Translations under genes and position numbers: made by a program
In this document: positions 54,690-64,000 of the stretch, piece by piece
How the letters are laid out: the number at the start of each line of letters is the position of its first letter
Position numbering within the stretch: the stretch's first letter is position 1
Assembly (NCBI GenBank): GCA_963704005.1
Contig: CAVPGJ010000001.1
Span: forward strand, 240,345 to 304,344
Reading direction: 5' to 3'
Origin: an uncultured Actinomycetes bacterium
Lineage (GTDB): Bacteria; Actinomycetota; Thermoleophilia; Gaiellales; Gaiellaceae
DNA length: 64,000 nt
Notes under the pieces: generated by a model
Databases searched by the model: none
What the model was told of the DNA's origin: nothing
The model's input: only the letters and a program-made list of their open reading frames with translations

Positions 54690-57600
54690 ACGCGGACGAC
54701 CTGCCGCGCCTGCGAATGCGCGCCCTTGCGGTCGGTCACGACCGCGCGCAGCACGTGCCGCCCGTGGGCCGCCTTGCCTGCGTGCCAGACGGCGGAGTAG
54801 AGCCCGAAGAAGCCGGCCCGCTGGGTCGAGATCCTGTGGCGGCCGACGTAGAAGGCGACCTTCCGGACCTGCTTCGGCGAGCCGGCGCTCACGATCAGCG
54901 ACTCCGTCTTGGCGACGCAGGCGTTGCGGCTCGGCAGCAGCCAGTTCACGACCGGCCTGGCGACGGCGCGCAGCCGCACCTGCTTGAAGGCGGTGTTCGG
55001 AAGGATGTTCGCGCCCGCCTGGTCGACGTTCTTCGACTCCTGGTAGTCGGAGCCGACCGCGATCGCAGCGGTCTTGCCGACCGGGATCTTCGGCGCGCCG
55101 TCCAGCAGCCAGACCGCGAGGCCGGAGCCCGGGTCGTAGAAGGCCGCGAGCAGGAGGATGCCCCGGTAGCCGACGACGAGCGAGAGTGGGTCGACCCCGG
55201 CGCCGTTGTCCTTGACGATCGCCGCCAGCGCGGGCCGGCCGGAGCTGACGCGCGCCGTCAGGAAGCGCATCCGCGGCGGCGTGACGTCGTTCTGCCAGAA
55301 GTGGAGCCGGTACGGCCCGGCCAGGCTCTGGTCGGTGAACGGGTCCGCGCGCGAGTCGACCGCGACGAAGTAGCGGCCCTCGTGCGGGAACTCGAGCCCG
55401 GCGGCCTGGTTGTCGAACTGGTACTCGAAGGTCAGCCCGTTCACGTTCACCGGTGTGCCCGGGTAGCCCTGGACGTCGTCCTCGTTCAGCGAGCCGAGGA
55501 ACCACGGTTCGGGCAGCGCGTTGAGCCCCTCGGCCGTGATGGCGGCGCCGGCGTTCGCGATGTGCGTGTTCACGTGGACGGCGTAGACGTGCTCGGCGCC
55601 CGACTCGTGCATCCCGGGACCGGTGTAGCTCGGCGGCGGGCCGAACGGGAAGGACGGGAAGCGGTACACGTCGACGAAGTCGGTGCCCTTGCTCGTGTCG
55701 CCGAGCTGGCTGCGCTTGATCACGACCTGCGGCGCATGGCCGATCTGCGGCAGGACGACCGAGAAGTAGTACGGGCACGCGGATCCGGTCGGCGCCCCGC
55801 GTGAAGACGACGAAGCCGGTGTTGTCGCCGCGCGGCGAGAGCTTCGGCGCGGCCGCGACGATCGGCACGTCGACCGTCCCGCCGGGCGGCACGGTCACGA
55901 TCGCGGCCTCCGGCGTGACCGACGCGCCCGAGCTCGCGGACTGCGCGTCGATCGAGACCGTCCAGGCGCCCGCGCCGCCGCCGGCGTCGCTGAGCGAGAC
56001 GAACAGCGGCTTGCGCGCACCCGCGTTGGCGGTGTTCAGGAAGCCGAACGAGAGCGAGCTCGGATTGGCGAAGAGCTTCGGGCTGTTCGCCGTGGCCACG
56101 TTGACGAGGCCGGCTCCTTCCAGCAGCACCGAGGCCTCCTGCGTGCGGGCCGTGTTGCCCCAGGCCGGGCCGGCGGTCGTCATCAGGGCCGACTTGACCT
56201 GCTGCGGCGTCCAGGCCGGATGCTGCTGGAGCAGCAGCGCCGCCGAGCCGGAGACGTGCGGGGCCGACATGCTCGTCCCGTCGAAGACCGCGAAGTTCGA
56301 GCCGGCGAACTCGGTGAGCGTCGAGGAGAGGATCTGCCCGCCGGGCGCGGCCAGGTCGGGCTTGAGCGCGTGGGTGAAGTTGGTCGGGCCCGCGGACGAG
56401 AAGCTGGTGACGATCCCGCTGCGGCCGGTCTGGATCTCGAGCGGGTTGTTCTGGCCGGTCGCGCGGAAGGTCGTGCGGCCGGCGTGCGCGTCAATGAACG
56501 CCCGCAGGTTGGCGCCGTCGAGGTCGGAGATCATCCCGCCGGGGATGGCGAGCAACTCGGGGATGAAGTTCGCCTCGCCGAAGCGGTTGTCGACGAAGAT
56601 GACCCCGGTGCCGCCGGCGTGCTGGATCCGTTCGACCTTCGAGTCGAAGGTGCAGCCCCCGCGCGAGACGAGCGCGACCAGGCCGCCGAGCGAGCCGGGC
56701 GGAAGCGTCGACTTCGTGCCGTCGTTCGGGTCGAAGCCCGCGGGTGCGCACAGCTGCCGGTCGACCGGGTGCCCGTCGGTGCCGGTGATCGTGCCGACGT
56801 CCTGCAGCAGCTGGTCGAACTGCTGCCAGCCCGGCGGGACCTGGAGGTTGTACGAGAACGGGATGTGCTGGGCGTTCGCGGGCGCCCCGGCGGCGGTGTC
56901 GGTGATCTCCGGGCCGAAGACGTGCAGGTTCGAGACGGCCGCGACCGAGATCGCGTCAGGTGCGTTGCTGGGCGAGCCGACCGAGCCGAGGCCGAAGTCG
57001 TCGCGGTCGTTCCCGGCCGAGATCACCGGCACGACGCCCGCGGCGGCGACGTTGTCGGCCGCCTCGATCAGCGCGTCGTTGGCCGGATCGACCTCGGGCC
57101 CGCCGCCGGAGAAGTTGAGCACGTTCATGCCGTCGCTCACGACCGTCTCGTAGGCCTCGACGATCTGCGGTGTGAAGGCGTCGTAGCCGCCGGTCAGCAC
57201 CGGCGCGTTGAAGACGCGGTAGTTCCCCAGCCAGGCGCGCGGCGCGATCCCGGAGAGCCCGGTCACGAGCGGGTGGTCGGGCCCGGGCCCGGCGATCGTC
57301 CCCTGGACGCCGGCCGCGATCCCCGACACGTGCGTGCCGTGGAACGACTGGGTGCGGACGAGCGGGAGCTTGCCGAGCTTCCCCGACCCCGGCCCCGGGA
57401 AGGATCTGGCGACGATCACCTTCGGCGTCGTGAACTTCGTGTTCCCCTTCGGGAAGCCGGCCGGGTACGAGAAGCCGTTCGGGTTGAAGAACGGGTTCGT
57501 CTGGTCGATCCCGTCGTCGACGACGCCGATCTTGATCCCCTGCCCGAAGCCGCCGGTGTTCGCCCAGAACTGGTCGGCGTGGATCACCGAGGGGCTCTTG

Positions 57601-58085
57601 TTCGTGTCGAGGTGGTAGCCGAGGCTCGGGTAGACCTTCTTGACGGCCTGCAGGCGCGCGAGCGTCGGCAGGGCGCGGTAGGGGAGGCGGAGCGCGAAGC
57701 CGTCGAGGACGATCCGGTAGCGGAGGCCGATGCGCGCCTGCGGGATCGCGTGCCGGATCTGCGCGACCGCCTGGGCCTGCAGGCGGGCGAGGTGGGCGAG
57801 GTAGGCGCGCGAGGTCGCGCTGTGGACGTTCAGCGGGTGGCGCTGCCCGGCGGCTTCGAGCCCGTGCCCGTAGGCGACCGCGAGCGGCGGCGCCTGCAGG
57901 TCGACGATCACCGTCACCCGGCCGGACGCGTGGCCGGCGGGGATGCGGATCACACCGTGCCGGATCCGCGGCAGCACGTGATCGCCGGCGCGCGGGAGCC
58001 GAATGCGCTCCAGCTTCGCGGAGGCTGAGGCGGCTGTGAGGAAGAGCGCCGCGGGAAGGACGAGAAAGACGAGTGCGCGGCGCAA
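54677..58085 (-). pseudogene. secreted S8 (subtilisin-like) serine peptidase with PA-domain insert and long C-terminal region, apparent +1 frameshift at ~55769-55775
   Basis: TTG start plus signal peptide. Catalytic triad contexts are VGVVDDGID, HGTHVSG and GTSMSAPHVSG. ...RGADRIRVP is in one frame and YYFSVVLPQIGHAPQVVIKRS... (ORF 54677..55723) is in the next. Confidence 0.85.
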
Positions 58086-58128
58086 GGCCGCTCAGAGTAG
58101 CGGAGAATCGCCGTAGACTCGACTCGTC

Positions 58129-58909
58129 GTGGACGGTGCATTCGCAGGCAAACGCGGTCTCGTGCTCGGCGTCGCCAACCGCCGCTCGATCGCGTGGGCG
58201 ATCGCGAGCAGGCTCGCCGCCGGCGGCGCCGAGCTGGCCTTCACCTTCCAGGGCGAGCGGATCGAGAAGAACGTCCGCGAGCTGGCCGAGTCGGTCGGCT
58301 CGCCGCTCGTCACGGCCTGCGACGTGCGCTCCGACGAGGACCTCGAGCGCGTCTTCGGCGAGGTCGGCGAGGCCTTCGACGGCGGGCTCGACCTGCTCGT
58401 CCACTCGGTCGCCTACGCGGCGGCCGAGGATCTCGAGGGCCGCTTCACCGACACGCCGCGCGACCGCTTCTGGATGGCGCTCGACGTCTCGGCCTACTCG
58501 CTGGTCGCCTGCGCGCGCCTGGCCGAGCCGCTGCTGGAGGCGCGCGGCGGGGGCTCGATCCTGACCATGACCTACCTCGGCGGCGAGCGGGCGGTGCCGC
58601 ACTACAACGTGATGGGCGTGGCCAAGTCGACGCTGGACTCGTCGCGTGCAGTACCTCGCCTGGGACCTCGGCCAGAAGAACATCCGCGTCAACGCGATCT
58701 CGGCCGGGCCGGTGCGCACGCTGGCCGCGCGCTCGATCGCCGGCTTCCCGACGATGGAGGCGATCGTCGAGGAGCGCTCGCCCCTGCACCGCCCGATCGA
58801 CGCCGACGACGTCGGCGCAGCCGCCGCGTACCTGCTCTCGGACGACGCGAAGAACGTGACCGGGACGACGCTCTACGTCGACTCGGGGTACCACGCGATG
58901 GGTATGTAG
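58129..58909 (+). pseudogene. fabI: enoyl-[acyl-carrier-protein] reductase (NADH) FabI, apparent +1 frameshift at ~58642-58646
   Basis: GLVLGVANRRSIAW...HSVAYA...MGVAKSTLDSS is in phase 1. VQYLAWDLGQKNIRVNAISAGPVRTLAA...LYVDSGYH is in phase 2 (ORF 58646..58909). Confidence 0.88.
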
Positions 58910-59109
58910 GGACCGCCCAACGGGGCGAGCGCGACCCATCGAAGTGGCTTGTTCAAGCGCTTCCTGATGCCCGCAGAGCCGCTTCGGTTGCACATTCTTC
59001 CTGCGTGGTCAGCTTGACCCTCGGCACGCCGAGAAAGGGTCGGTTAGACGTGCGCGTGTTGTCATGGTGATGGCACGGCAAGACCAGGGCAGCGGGTGCG
59101 TACTCACCT

Positions 59110-59442
59110 CTACGCGGATGGGCCATTGAAACCTTGGCCGCCGAATCCTCCTTGCGGTCGCGACGGCAGGTACTGACTGCAAGCGCGGAAGGCCTTCTGC
59201 GTCTTGGCATCGAAGGTCGGCCGCTGCCCGGGTTGGCCACCCTGCGGGCGCCCGCGCGGAAGGGTCACGCCGTGATCTTGAAGGCACTGCTGAAAGCGCT
59301 CGAAGGCCTGCTGGTTGATCCGAGGCGGCTGTCCGCCCTGGCCGGCCGCGAACGTCGCAGAGGCGCTCTTCTTGCTCGAGCCGCAGCTCGCAGCGAGGAG
59401 GGCGAGGGCTGCCAGAAGGCTCGCGAGAACGAGCGCCTTCAC
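59110..59442 (-). CDS. small lipoprotein (Gly/Gln/Pro-rich)
   Basis: Lipobox LLAASC after the signal peptide. It has a 4-nt overlap with the upstream ABC ATPase gene. Confidence 0.6.
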   Translation of the reverse strand: MKALVLASLLAALALLAASCGSSKKSASATFAAGQGGQPPRINQQAFERFQQCLQDHGVTLPRGRPQGGQPGQRPTFDAKTQKAFRACSQYLPSRPQGGFGGQGFNGPSA

Positions 59443-60185
59443 AGTCGTGCCTCCTGTTCGGTTGCGCTCGTGGTGGCGGAAAGCAGCCGGCCGTCCTGCA
59501 TTCGAATGACTCGCGGGGCCTCTGCCGCGATCTCGGCGTCATGCGTGATCAGGACGACCGTGTGGCCGCTGCGGGTCGAGAGATCCTTGAGCAGCGCCAT
59601 GATCTCCTCGCCGGTTGCGGTGTCGAGGTTTCCGGTCGGCTCGTCGGCGAGCAGGACGTGCGGGTTGTTGGCGAGGGCTCGGGCGATCGCGACGCGCTGC
59701 TGCTCGCCGCCGGAGAGCTGCGACGGCAGGTGGTGGGCTCTTCCGCCGAGTCCGACCGACTCGAGGAGCTCATGGCTGCGGGCCCGGCGCGCATCGCCGC
59801 CCAGTCCACTCGGCGCGAGCGCGACCTCGACGTTCTGCGCGGCGGTAAGTGTCGGGATCAGGTTGAACTGCTGGAAGATGAAGCCGATCGTCCTCAGCCT
59901 GAGCTCGGTCAGCTCGGCGTCGCCGAGTCGTGCGAGGTCACGCCCCTCGAAATCGATCTGGCCGTCCGTGGGCCGGTCGAGGGCGCCGAGGAGCTGGAGC
60001 AGCGTCGTCTTGCCGGACCCGCTCGGGCCGACGACCACGAGGAACTCGCCGCGGTCGATCTCGAGGTCGACGTCGCGGACGGCGTGCACCTGGTTCGTGC
60101 TCTGGCTATAGACGCGACCGACGCCGTGGAGCGAGTAGATCGGCTGAGTGTCGATGCTGGTAACGCTCATGTCGTTCTCCTTCAT
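59439..60185 (-). CDS. ABC transporter ATP-binding protein (MacB/LolD-like)
   Basis: Walker A GPSGSGKTT, Q-loop, signature LSGGEQQR and Walker B LLADEPT. Confidence 0.9.
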   Translation of the reverse strand: MKENDMSVTSIDTQPIYSLHGVGRVYSQSTNQVHAVRDVDLEIDRGEFLVVVGPSGSGKTTLLQLLGALDRPTDGQIDFEGRDLARLGDAELTELRLRTIGFIFQQFNLIPTLTAAQNVEVALAPSGLGGDARRARSHELLESVGLGGRAHHLPSQLSGGEQQRVAIARALANNPHVLLADEPTGNLDTATGEEIMALLKDLSTRSGHTVVLITHDAEIAAEAPRVIRMQDGRLLSATTSATEQEARL

Positions 60186-61648
60186 TCGATGGTGCGGAGG
60201 GCCTCAGCGGGTCGCAACCGGGCGGCGCGCAGGCCGCCGACCGCTCCGGCGACGATCCCGCCGACCATCGCGAGAACGACGGCGGCAACGATCAGGCCGA
60301 TGCTGAGCGGGGCGTCGAGCTTGACGAGAGTCGAGCCGGCCGTGTCGACGGCGCCCTGGCCGAATGGCCCGAAGCCGGGCCCGGCGGCGCCGGACGCCGA
60401 GGGGACACTCGCCTTGAGGTTGATGCCGATGGCGTCGATGGCGAGGGCGCCTGCGATCCCGATGAGCACGCCGAGCGCGCCGCCGAGCAGGCCCTGCAGC
60501 AAGGATTCGCCCGTCACCTGTCGGACGACGAGCCTCTGCGACCAGCCCACGGCCTTCAGCGTGCCGAGCTCGCGGACCCGCTTCGCGACCGAGGATAGCG
60601 TCAACAGGCAGGCGATCAGGATGGCCGCCAGCAGCCCGACCAGCTCGAGCGCGGTGCCGAGCTTCTTGGTCAGGTTCTTGGCGTCGACCAGCGAGCCGGA
60701 GACGCGCTTGGCGAGATCCTTGGCGGTCGTCACCGACGAGCCTGCGAAGTTCCCCTTGATCGCCTTCGCCACCGAATCCACCGCACCGGCGCTGGTCGCG
60801 CGGACGTAGACGGCGTTGACGCGGCCAGCGCGGCCGGACAGCTTCTGGAGCTGCGCGAGCTTGAGGTAGACGTCGGAGGACTGGCCGCCGATCGGCGTGC
60901 TGGCGAGGCCGACAACGGTGAACTTCTTGCCGCCGAGCGTGATCTTGTCGCCAAGCCCGAGGCCCTTCCGGCGTGCGTAGCTGATGTTCAGGATCGCCTC
61001 GCGCTTCGAGCCCGCCGAGAAGTAGCGTCCGCTCGTCACCTGGCTCGACGTGATCGCGCCCAGGTCCGGGTGCGCCTGGTCGACGCCGGCGACGTTGATC
61101 GCGTTGAAGTTGATCGCCCTCGGTCCGTCGAATCCTCCGCCGCCGCCACCGCCGCCGCCCGGAGGCCCGAAGCCCTGCGTCGGCGACTGCTTGGGGACGG
61201 TCCCCGAGATGTGCGCCGAGCTGAGGGTCAAGCCGCCGACCGCGCCTTGGACATCGGAGAGCGTGCGGATCGTCGAGACCTTCGACACCGGGAAGCTGAG
61301 CTGTGAGGTCGAGTTGAAGATGTCGCGTGAGAAGTGAGTGCCGGGCTTCAGCGACCTGAAGTCGAAGCGCGCGCCTCCATTCTCCCTGCGGAGCTGTTCC
61401 CGCTCGCTCGGCGAGAGGCTGCGGAAGCCGCCCGAGCTGTTCGAGATCTGCAGCGGGCGGGTGACCGACATGTCGGTTCCGACCCCGGTCAGCGGCTTCA
61501 GTACCTTCGCCTGGGCGTGATCGAGTCCGGTCGAGAGCGCGGTGACGGTCACGACGAGACCGACGCCGACGCCAAGGCCGAGCGCAGTGAGCAGCGTACG
61601 TCCCTTCCGACGCCGCAACTCGGAGAACATGTACGAGAGGTAGAACAC
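60182..61648 (-). CDS. ABC transporter permease, FtsX/MacB-type with large extracytoplasmic domain
   Basis: 488 aa: N-terminal TMS, a ~300-aa external domain, and a C-terminal FtsX 3-TMS bundle. Confidence 0.88.
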   Translation of the reverse strand: MFYLSYMFSELRRRKGRTLLTALGLGVGVGLVVTVTALSTGLDHAQAKVLKPLTGVGTDMSVTRPLQISNSSGGFRSLSPSEREQLRRENGGARFDFRSLKPGTHFSRDIFNSTSQLSFPVSKVSTIRTLSDVQGAVGGLTLSSAHISGTVPKQSPTQGFGPPGGGGGGGGGFDGPRAINFNAINVAGVDQAHPDLGAITSSQVTSGRYFSAGSKREAILNISYARRKGLGLGDKITLGGKKFTVVGLASTPIGGQSSDVYLKLAQLQKLSGRAGRVNAVYVRATSAGAVDSVAKAIKGNFAGSSVTTAKDLAKRVSGSLVDAKNLTKKLGTALELVGLLAAILIACLLTLSSVAKRVRELGTLKAVGWSQRLVVRQVTGESLLQGLLGGALGVLIGIAGALAIDAIGINLKASVPSASGAAGPGFGPFGQGAVDTAGSTLVKLDAPLSIGLIVAAVVLAMVGGIVAGAVGGLRAARLRPAEALRTIE

Positions 61649-61844
61649 GATCGAGGCTCCTTGTCGGGTTTGCGCTTGTTCCGCTTAGGAGTAGTGCCCG
61701 CGGTTAAGAGCGCCATGAGCCGAACCTGAAGAGATGCTGAAGACGCGTTCTACGCGTGCGAAAATCTCTTAGGAAATTCTCAGCTTCATTTCAGGTCGCC
61801 CTCAGGGGCACGCGCCAGAGTTAGTTGCGTCGGGTGGCTCGTAG

Positions 61845-62564
61845 ATGCGAATAGAGACAGACAGCCCGAGCGAAGGACGCTCGCCGGCTCGAATTCTCGT
61901 CGTCGACGACGACCGGGCGTTGCGTCGTGCGATCAGTCGCACACTCGAGCTCGAGGGCTATGACGTCGAGCTGGCCGAGGACGGCGTCCAGGCGCTGACG
62001 CTCCTCGATGGGGACGGCGAGACGTGGCCGGACCTCATCGTCCTCGACATCCTGATGCCCAATCTCGACGGCCTGACCGCCTGCCGCTCGATTCGTGCCA
62101 AGAGCCGGGTCCCGATTCTGATGCTCACCGCCCGCCAGGCGGTCGACGACCGTGTCGAAGGGCTGGAGGCGGGCGCCGACGACTACCTGGCGAAGCCGTT
62201 CGCGGTCGTCGAGCTGATCGCCCGCGTCCGTGCGCTGCTGCGGCGCTCAACCTTCGACGAGGACGTCCTCCGCTACGCCGGCCTCGAGCTCGATCGGGAG
62301 GGGCGTCGCGCGCGCCGCGGCGAGCGGCAGCTCGACCTGACCCGCATCGAGTTCTCGCTCCTCGAGCTGCTCATGTCGCACCCGCGCAGGGTGCTCTCGC
62401 GCGAGACGATCTTTTCTGCGGTCTGGGGCTACGACCTTGCGTACGCCTCGAACTCGCTCGAGGTCTACATCGGCTCACTGCGGCGAAAGACGGAAGCGGA
62501 GGGCGAACCGCGGCTCGTCCAGACCGTCCGCGGTATCGGCTACGTGCTTCGCGAGGAGCGGTGA
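61845..62564 (+). CDS. OmpR/PhoB-family response regulator
   Basis: The receiver has DDD...D(ILMP)...T..K. The C-terminal winged helix reads ...LTRIEFSLLELLMSHPRRVLSRETI...VYIGSLRRK. Confidence 0.9.
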   Translation: MRIETDSPSEGRSPARILVVDDDRALRRAISRTLELEGYDVELAEDGVQALTLLDGDGETWPDLIVLDILMPNLDGLTACRSIRAKSRVPILMLTARQAVDDRVEGLEAGADDYLAKPFAVVELIARVRALLRRSTFDEDVLRYAGLELDREGRRARRGERQLDLTRIEFSLLELLMSHPRRVLSRETIFSAVWGYDLAYASNSLEVYIGSLRRKTEAEGEPRLVQTVRGIGYVLREER

Positions 62565-64000
62565 GCGGTGCGTTTCCGTTGAGCCTGCGCGCACGGCTTA
62601 CGATCGGAACGGCCTTCACTCTCGCGCTTGCGGTCTCCGCCGGCTTTGTCGTCGCCTACTTCGTCGTCCGCGGGCAGCTTCGGGGCGAGATCGACCGCGC
62701 GCTCGAGGAGCGAGCGACCTCGCTCGCCACACTTGCACGCCAGGCCCCGAGGCTGTCGCCGCTGCGGCCGCCGCTCGGCAGGATCCGGATCGCCCCGCCC
62801 CGGCTCGGCGGCGCCGCCGGCTACGTCCAGTTCGTCGAACGGGGAGGCAAGGTCTCGTTGCCGGCGGGAGAGCGCACCCGCCTGCCGACCGCCGGCGCCC
62901 GCGCCGTTGCCGCCGGGCGGCGGCCGGCGTTCTTCGGAGACGCGACGGTCGCCGGCACCCACCTCCGTATCTACACGGCGCGTCTCGACAAGAACACCGC
63001 CGTCGAGATCGCCCGGCCGCTAGGCGAGGTCGATCACTCGCTCGCGCGGATCCGGCTCCTGTTTCTGATCGTCGCTCTCGCGGCCGTGGCTGGAGCGGCC
63101 GCCGTCGGCCTGGCCGTCGCCCGAGCGACCTTGCGCCCGGTCCAGCGTCTCACCGACGACGCCGAATGGATCGCTGCCACCGGGAATGTGCGCCAGCGGA
63201 CGGACGAACAGCGCTCTGACGAGCTAGGACGGCTCGCCGGCGCCTTCAACACGATGCTCGACGCGCTCACACGGTCGGTCAGCGCGCAGCGTCAGCTGGT
63301 CGCCGACGCGTCGCACGAGCTACGCACACCGCTTGCCTCGGCGCGGGCAAACCTCGAGCTCGTCGAGTTGCACGAGTCGCTGCCCGCGGAGGAGCGCCGC
63401 GCTCTCGTCGCCGAGGCGGTCCGAGAGCTGCGCGAGATGACATATCTGATCGAGGAGCTCGTGGAGCTGGCGCGCGGCGATGTCCAGGTGCCCGTCAAAG
63501 AAGTTGTCCGCCTCGATCATCTGGTCGAGGACGCGGTCGCGGCCGCCTCGCGACGCTCGGCGGCGGTCTTCCGGACCAATCTCAAGCCGGCCCTCGTCGA
63601 CGGAGCGCCGTCCGCCCTGAACACTGCAATCGCGAACCTGCTCGACAATGCCGTCAAGTGGAGCCCCGAGGGGGCGCCGGTCGAGGTCTCGGTCAGAGAC
63701 GGAGCAGTGACGGTGCGCGATCATGGACCTGGAATCGACGCAGCCGACCTTCCGCACATCTTCGACCGCTTCTACCGCGCGCCGGGCGCGCGAACCCTTC
63801 CGGGCTCCGGCCTCGGACTGGCGATCGTGCGGCAGGTCGCCGAGGCGCACGGGGGATCCGCCACCGCCGAGCCGGCTCCGGGTGGGGGCTCCCTTTTCAA
63901 GCTCCGCCTGCCCGTCGGCACGTCGGCGAGGTCTGACGAAGACGCGATCGGGACGCTGCTGCCAAACGGCCAGTCGGCGCAGCCGACGAAGCGCGTCGTA
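62561..64000 (+). CDS. sensor histidine kinase (HAMP + HisKA + HATPase_c), open at the window end
   Basis: Own translation from GTG 62561 (GTGA overlap with the regulator). Two TMS, HAMP, H-box ADASHELRTPL, N-box LLDNAVKW, G1 DHGPGI and G2 GSGLGLAIV. There is no stop before 64000, so it is absent from the ORF track. Confidence 0.85.
   Translation, partial: MSGAFPLSLRARLTIGTAFTLALAVSAGFVVAYFVVRGQLRGEIDRALEERATSLATLARQAPRLSPLRPPLGRIRIAPPRLGGAAGYVQFVERGGKVSLPAGERTRLPTAGARAVAAGRRPAFFGDATVAGTHLRIYTARLDKNTAVEIARPLGEVDHSLARIRLLFLIVALAAVAGAAAVGLAVARATLRPVQRLTDDAEWIAATGNVRQRTDEQRSDELGRLAGAFNTMLDALTRSVSAQRQLVADASHELRTPLASARANLELVELHESLPAEERRALVAEAVRELREMTYLIEELVELARGDVQVPVKEVVRLDHLVEDAVAAASRRSAAVFRTNLKPALVDGAPSALNTAIANLLDNAVKWSPEGAPVEVSVRDGAVTVRDHGPGIDAADLPHIFDRFYRAPGARTLPGSGLGLAIVRQVAEAHGGSATAEPAPGGGSLFKLRLPVGTSARSDEDAIGTLLPNGQSAQPTKRVV

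Noticed and set aside
53337-58085. 1582-aa single ORF in the track
   Set aside because: It is a chimera. It reads through an S8 peptidase (up to its frameshift), out-of-frame sequence, an SDR gene, the palindromic spacer and a MarR gene, simply because no stop codon occurs. The family signatures define separate genes.
61684-61774. CTTAGGA direct repeats as the response-regulator binding site, and the 9-mer GTAGTGCCC shared between 53763 and 61691
   Set aside because: Only two 7-mers lie 84 nt apart, and a single shared 9-mer is present. Both are within what chance can produce in 64 kb, so they are mentioned but not called as features.
1-64000. tRNA, rRNA, transposase/integrase, prophage or CRISPR-Cas content
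   Set aside because: Scanning by eye found no T-loop-type GGTTCGAATCC motifs in cloverleaf context, no rRNA-like non-coding stretch (the longest gene-free gap is ~200 nt), and no DDE/tyrosine-recombinase-like ORFs. This is a visual search only and should be confirmed with tRNAscan-SE, Infernal and ISfinder.

Overview
Very GC-rich, strongly GC3-skewed bacterial chromosomal segment. Gene content (GuaB3 next to GuaA, type-2 PyrF, HU, MreB, PPOX-family protein, SOS-type UDG) and leaderless-type promoters suggest a high-GC Gram-positive / Actinomycetota-like lineage, but I cannot name the organism. It holds about 75 tightly packed protein genes, many with 1-4 nt start/stop overlaps. Housekeeping blocks are murI-rph-rdgB, pyrE / hup / pyrF, guaB3-guaA, rplM-rpsI-glmM-glmS, mreB, acpS-nnr-(ATPase)-alr-cca and fabI. 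A dispersed tyrosine/homogentisate catabolic set (hppD, FAH-family hydrolase, hmgA) sits among proline dehydrogenase, a sarcosine-oxidase-like flavoenzyme and a GST. Also present are several transporters (DMT, MFS-DHA2, CDF, LivJ-like SBP, ArsP/DUF318 permease), a MacB-type ABC module with a divergent OmpR/HK two-component system, a VapBC toxin-antitoxin pair, a large S8 peptidase, and two collagen-like secreted proteins. By eye I found no rRNA, tRNA, CRISPR array, transposase or integrase. The observations most worth a second look are listed here. (1) An uncalled Rdx/SelW-like gene has an in-frame TGA in a CxxU motif and a SECIS-like hairpin, making it a candidate selenoprotein. (2) A 23-bp AT-rich palindromic box occurs three times, once inside glmM. 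(3) Nineteen apparent single-base (+1) frameshifts fall in 11 conserved genes, all in the same direction and clustered; assembly error and pseudogenisation cannot be separated from this window. (4) Two collagen-like proteins share a leader, and one carries a 7x ~49-aa Cys-pair repeat. (5) A 166-bp nested palindromic element lies upstream of a MarR gene. (6) A CDF transporter has three tandem cytoplasmic domains. The long antisense ORFs in the track are GC artefacts.
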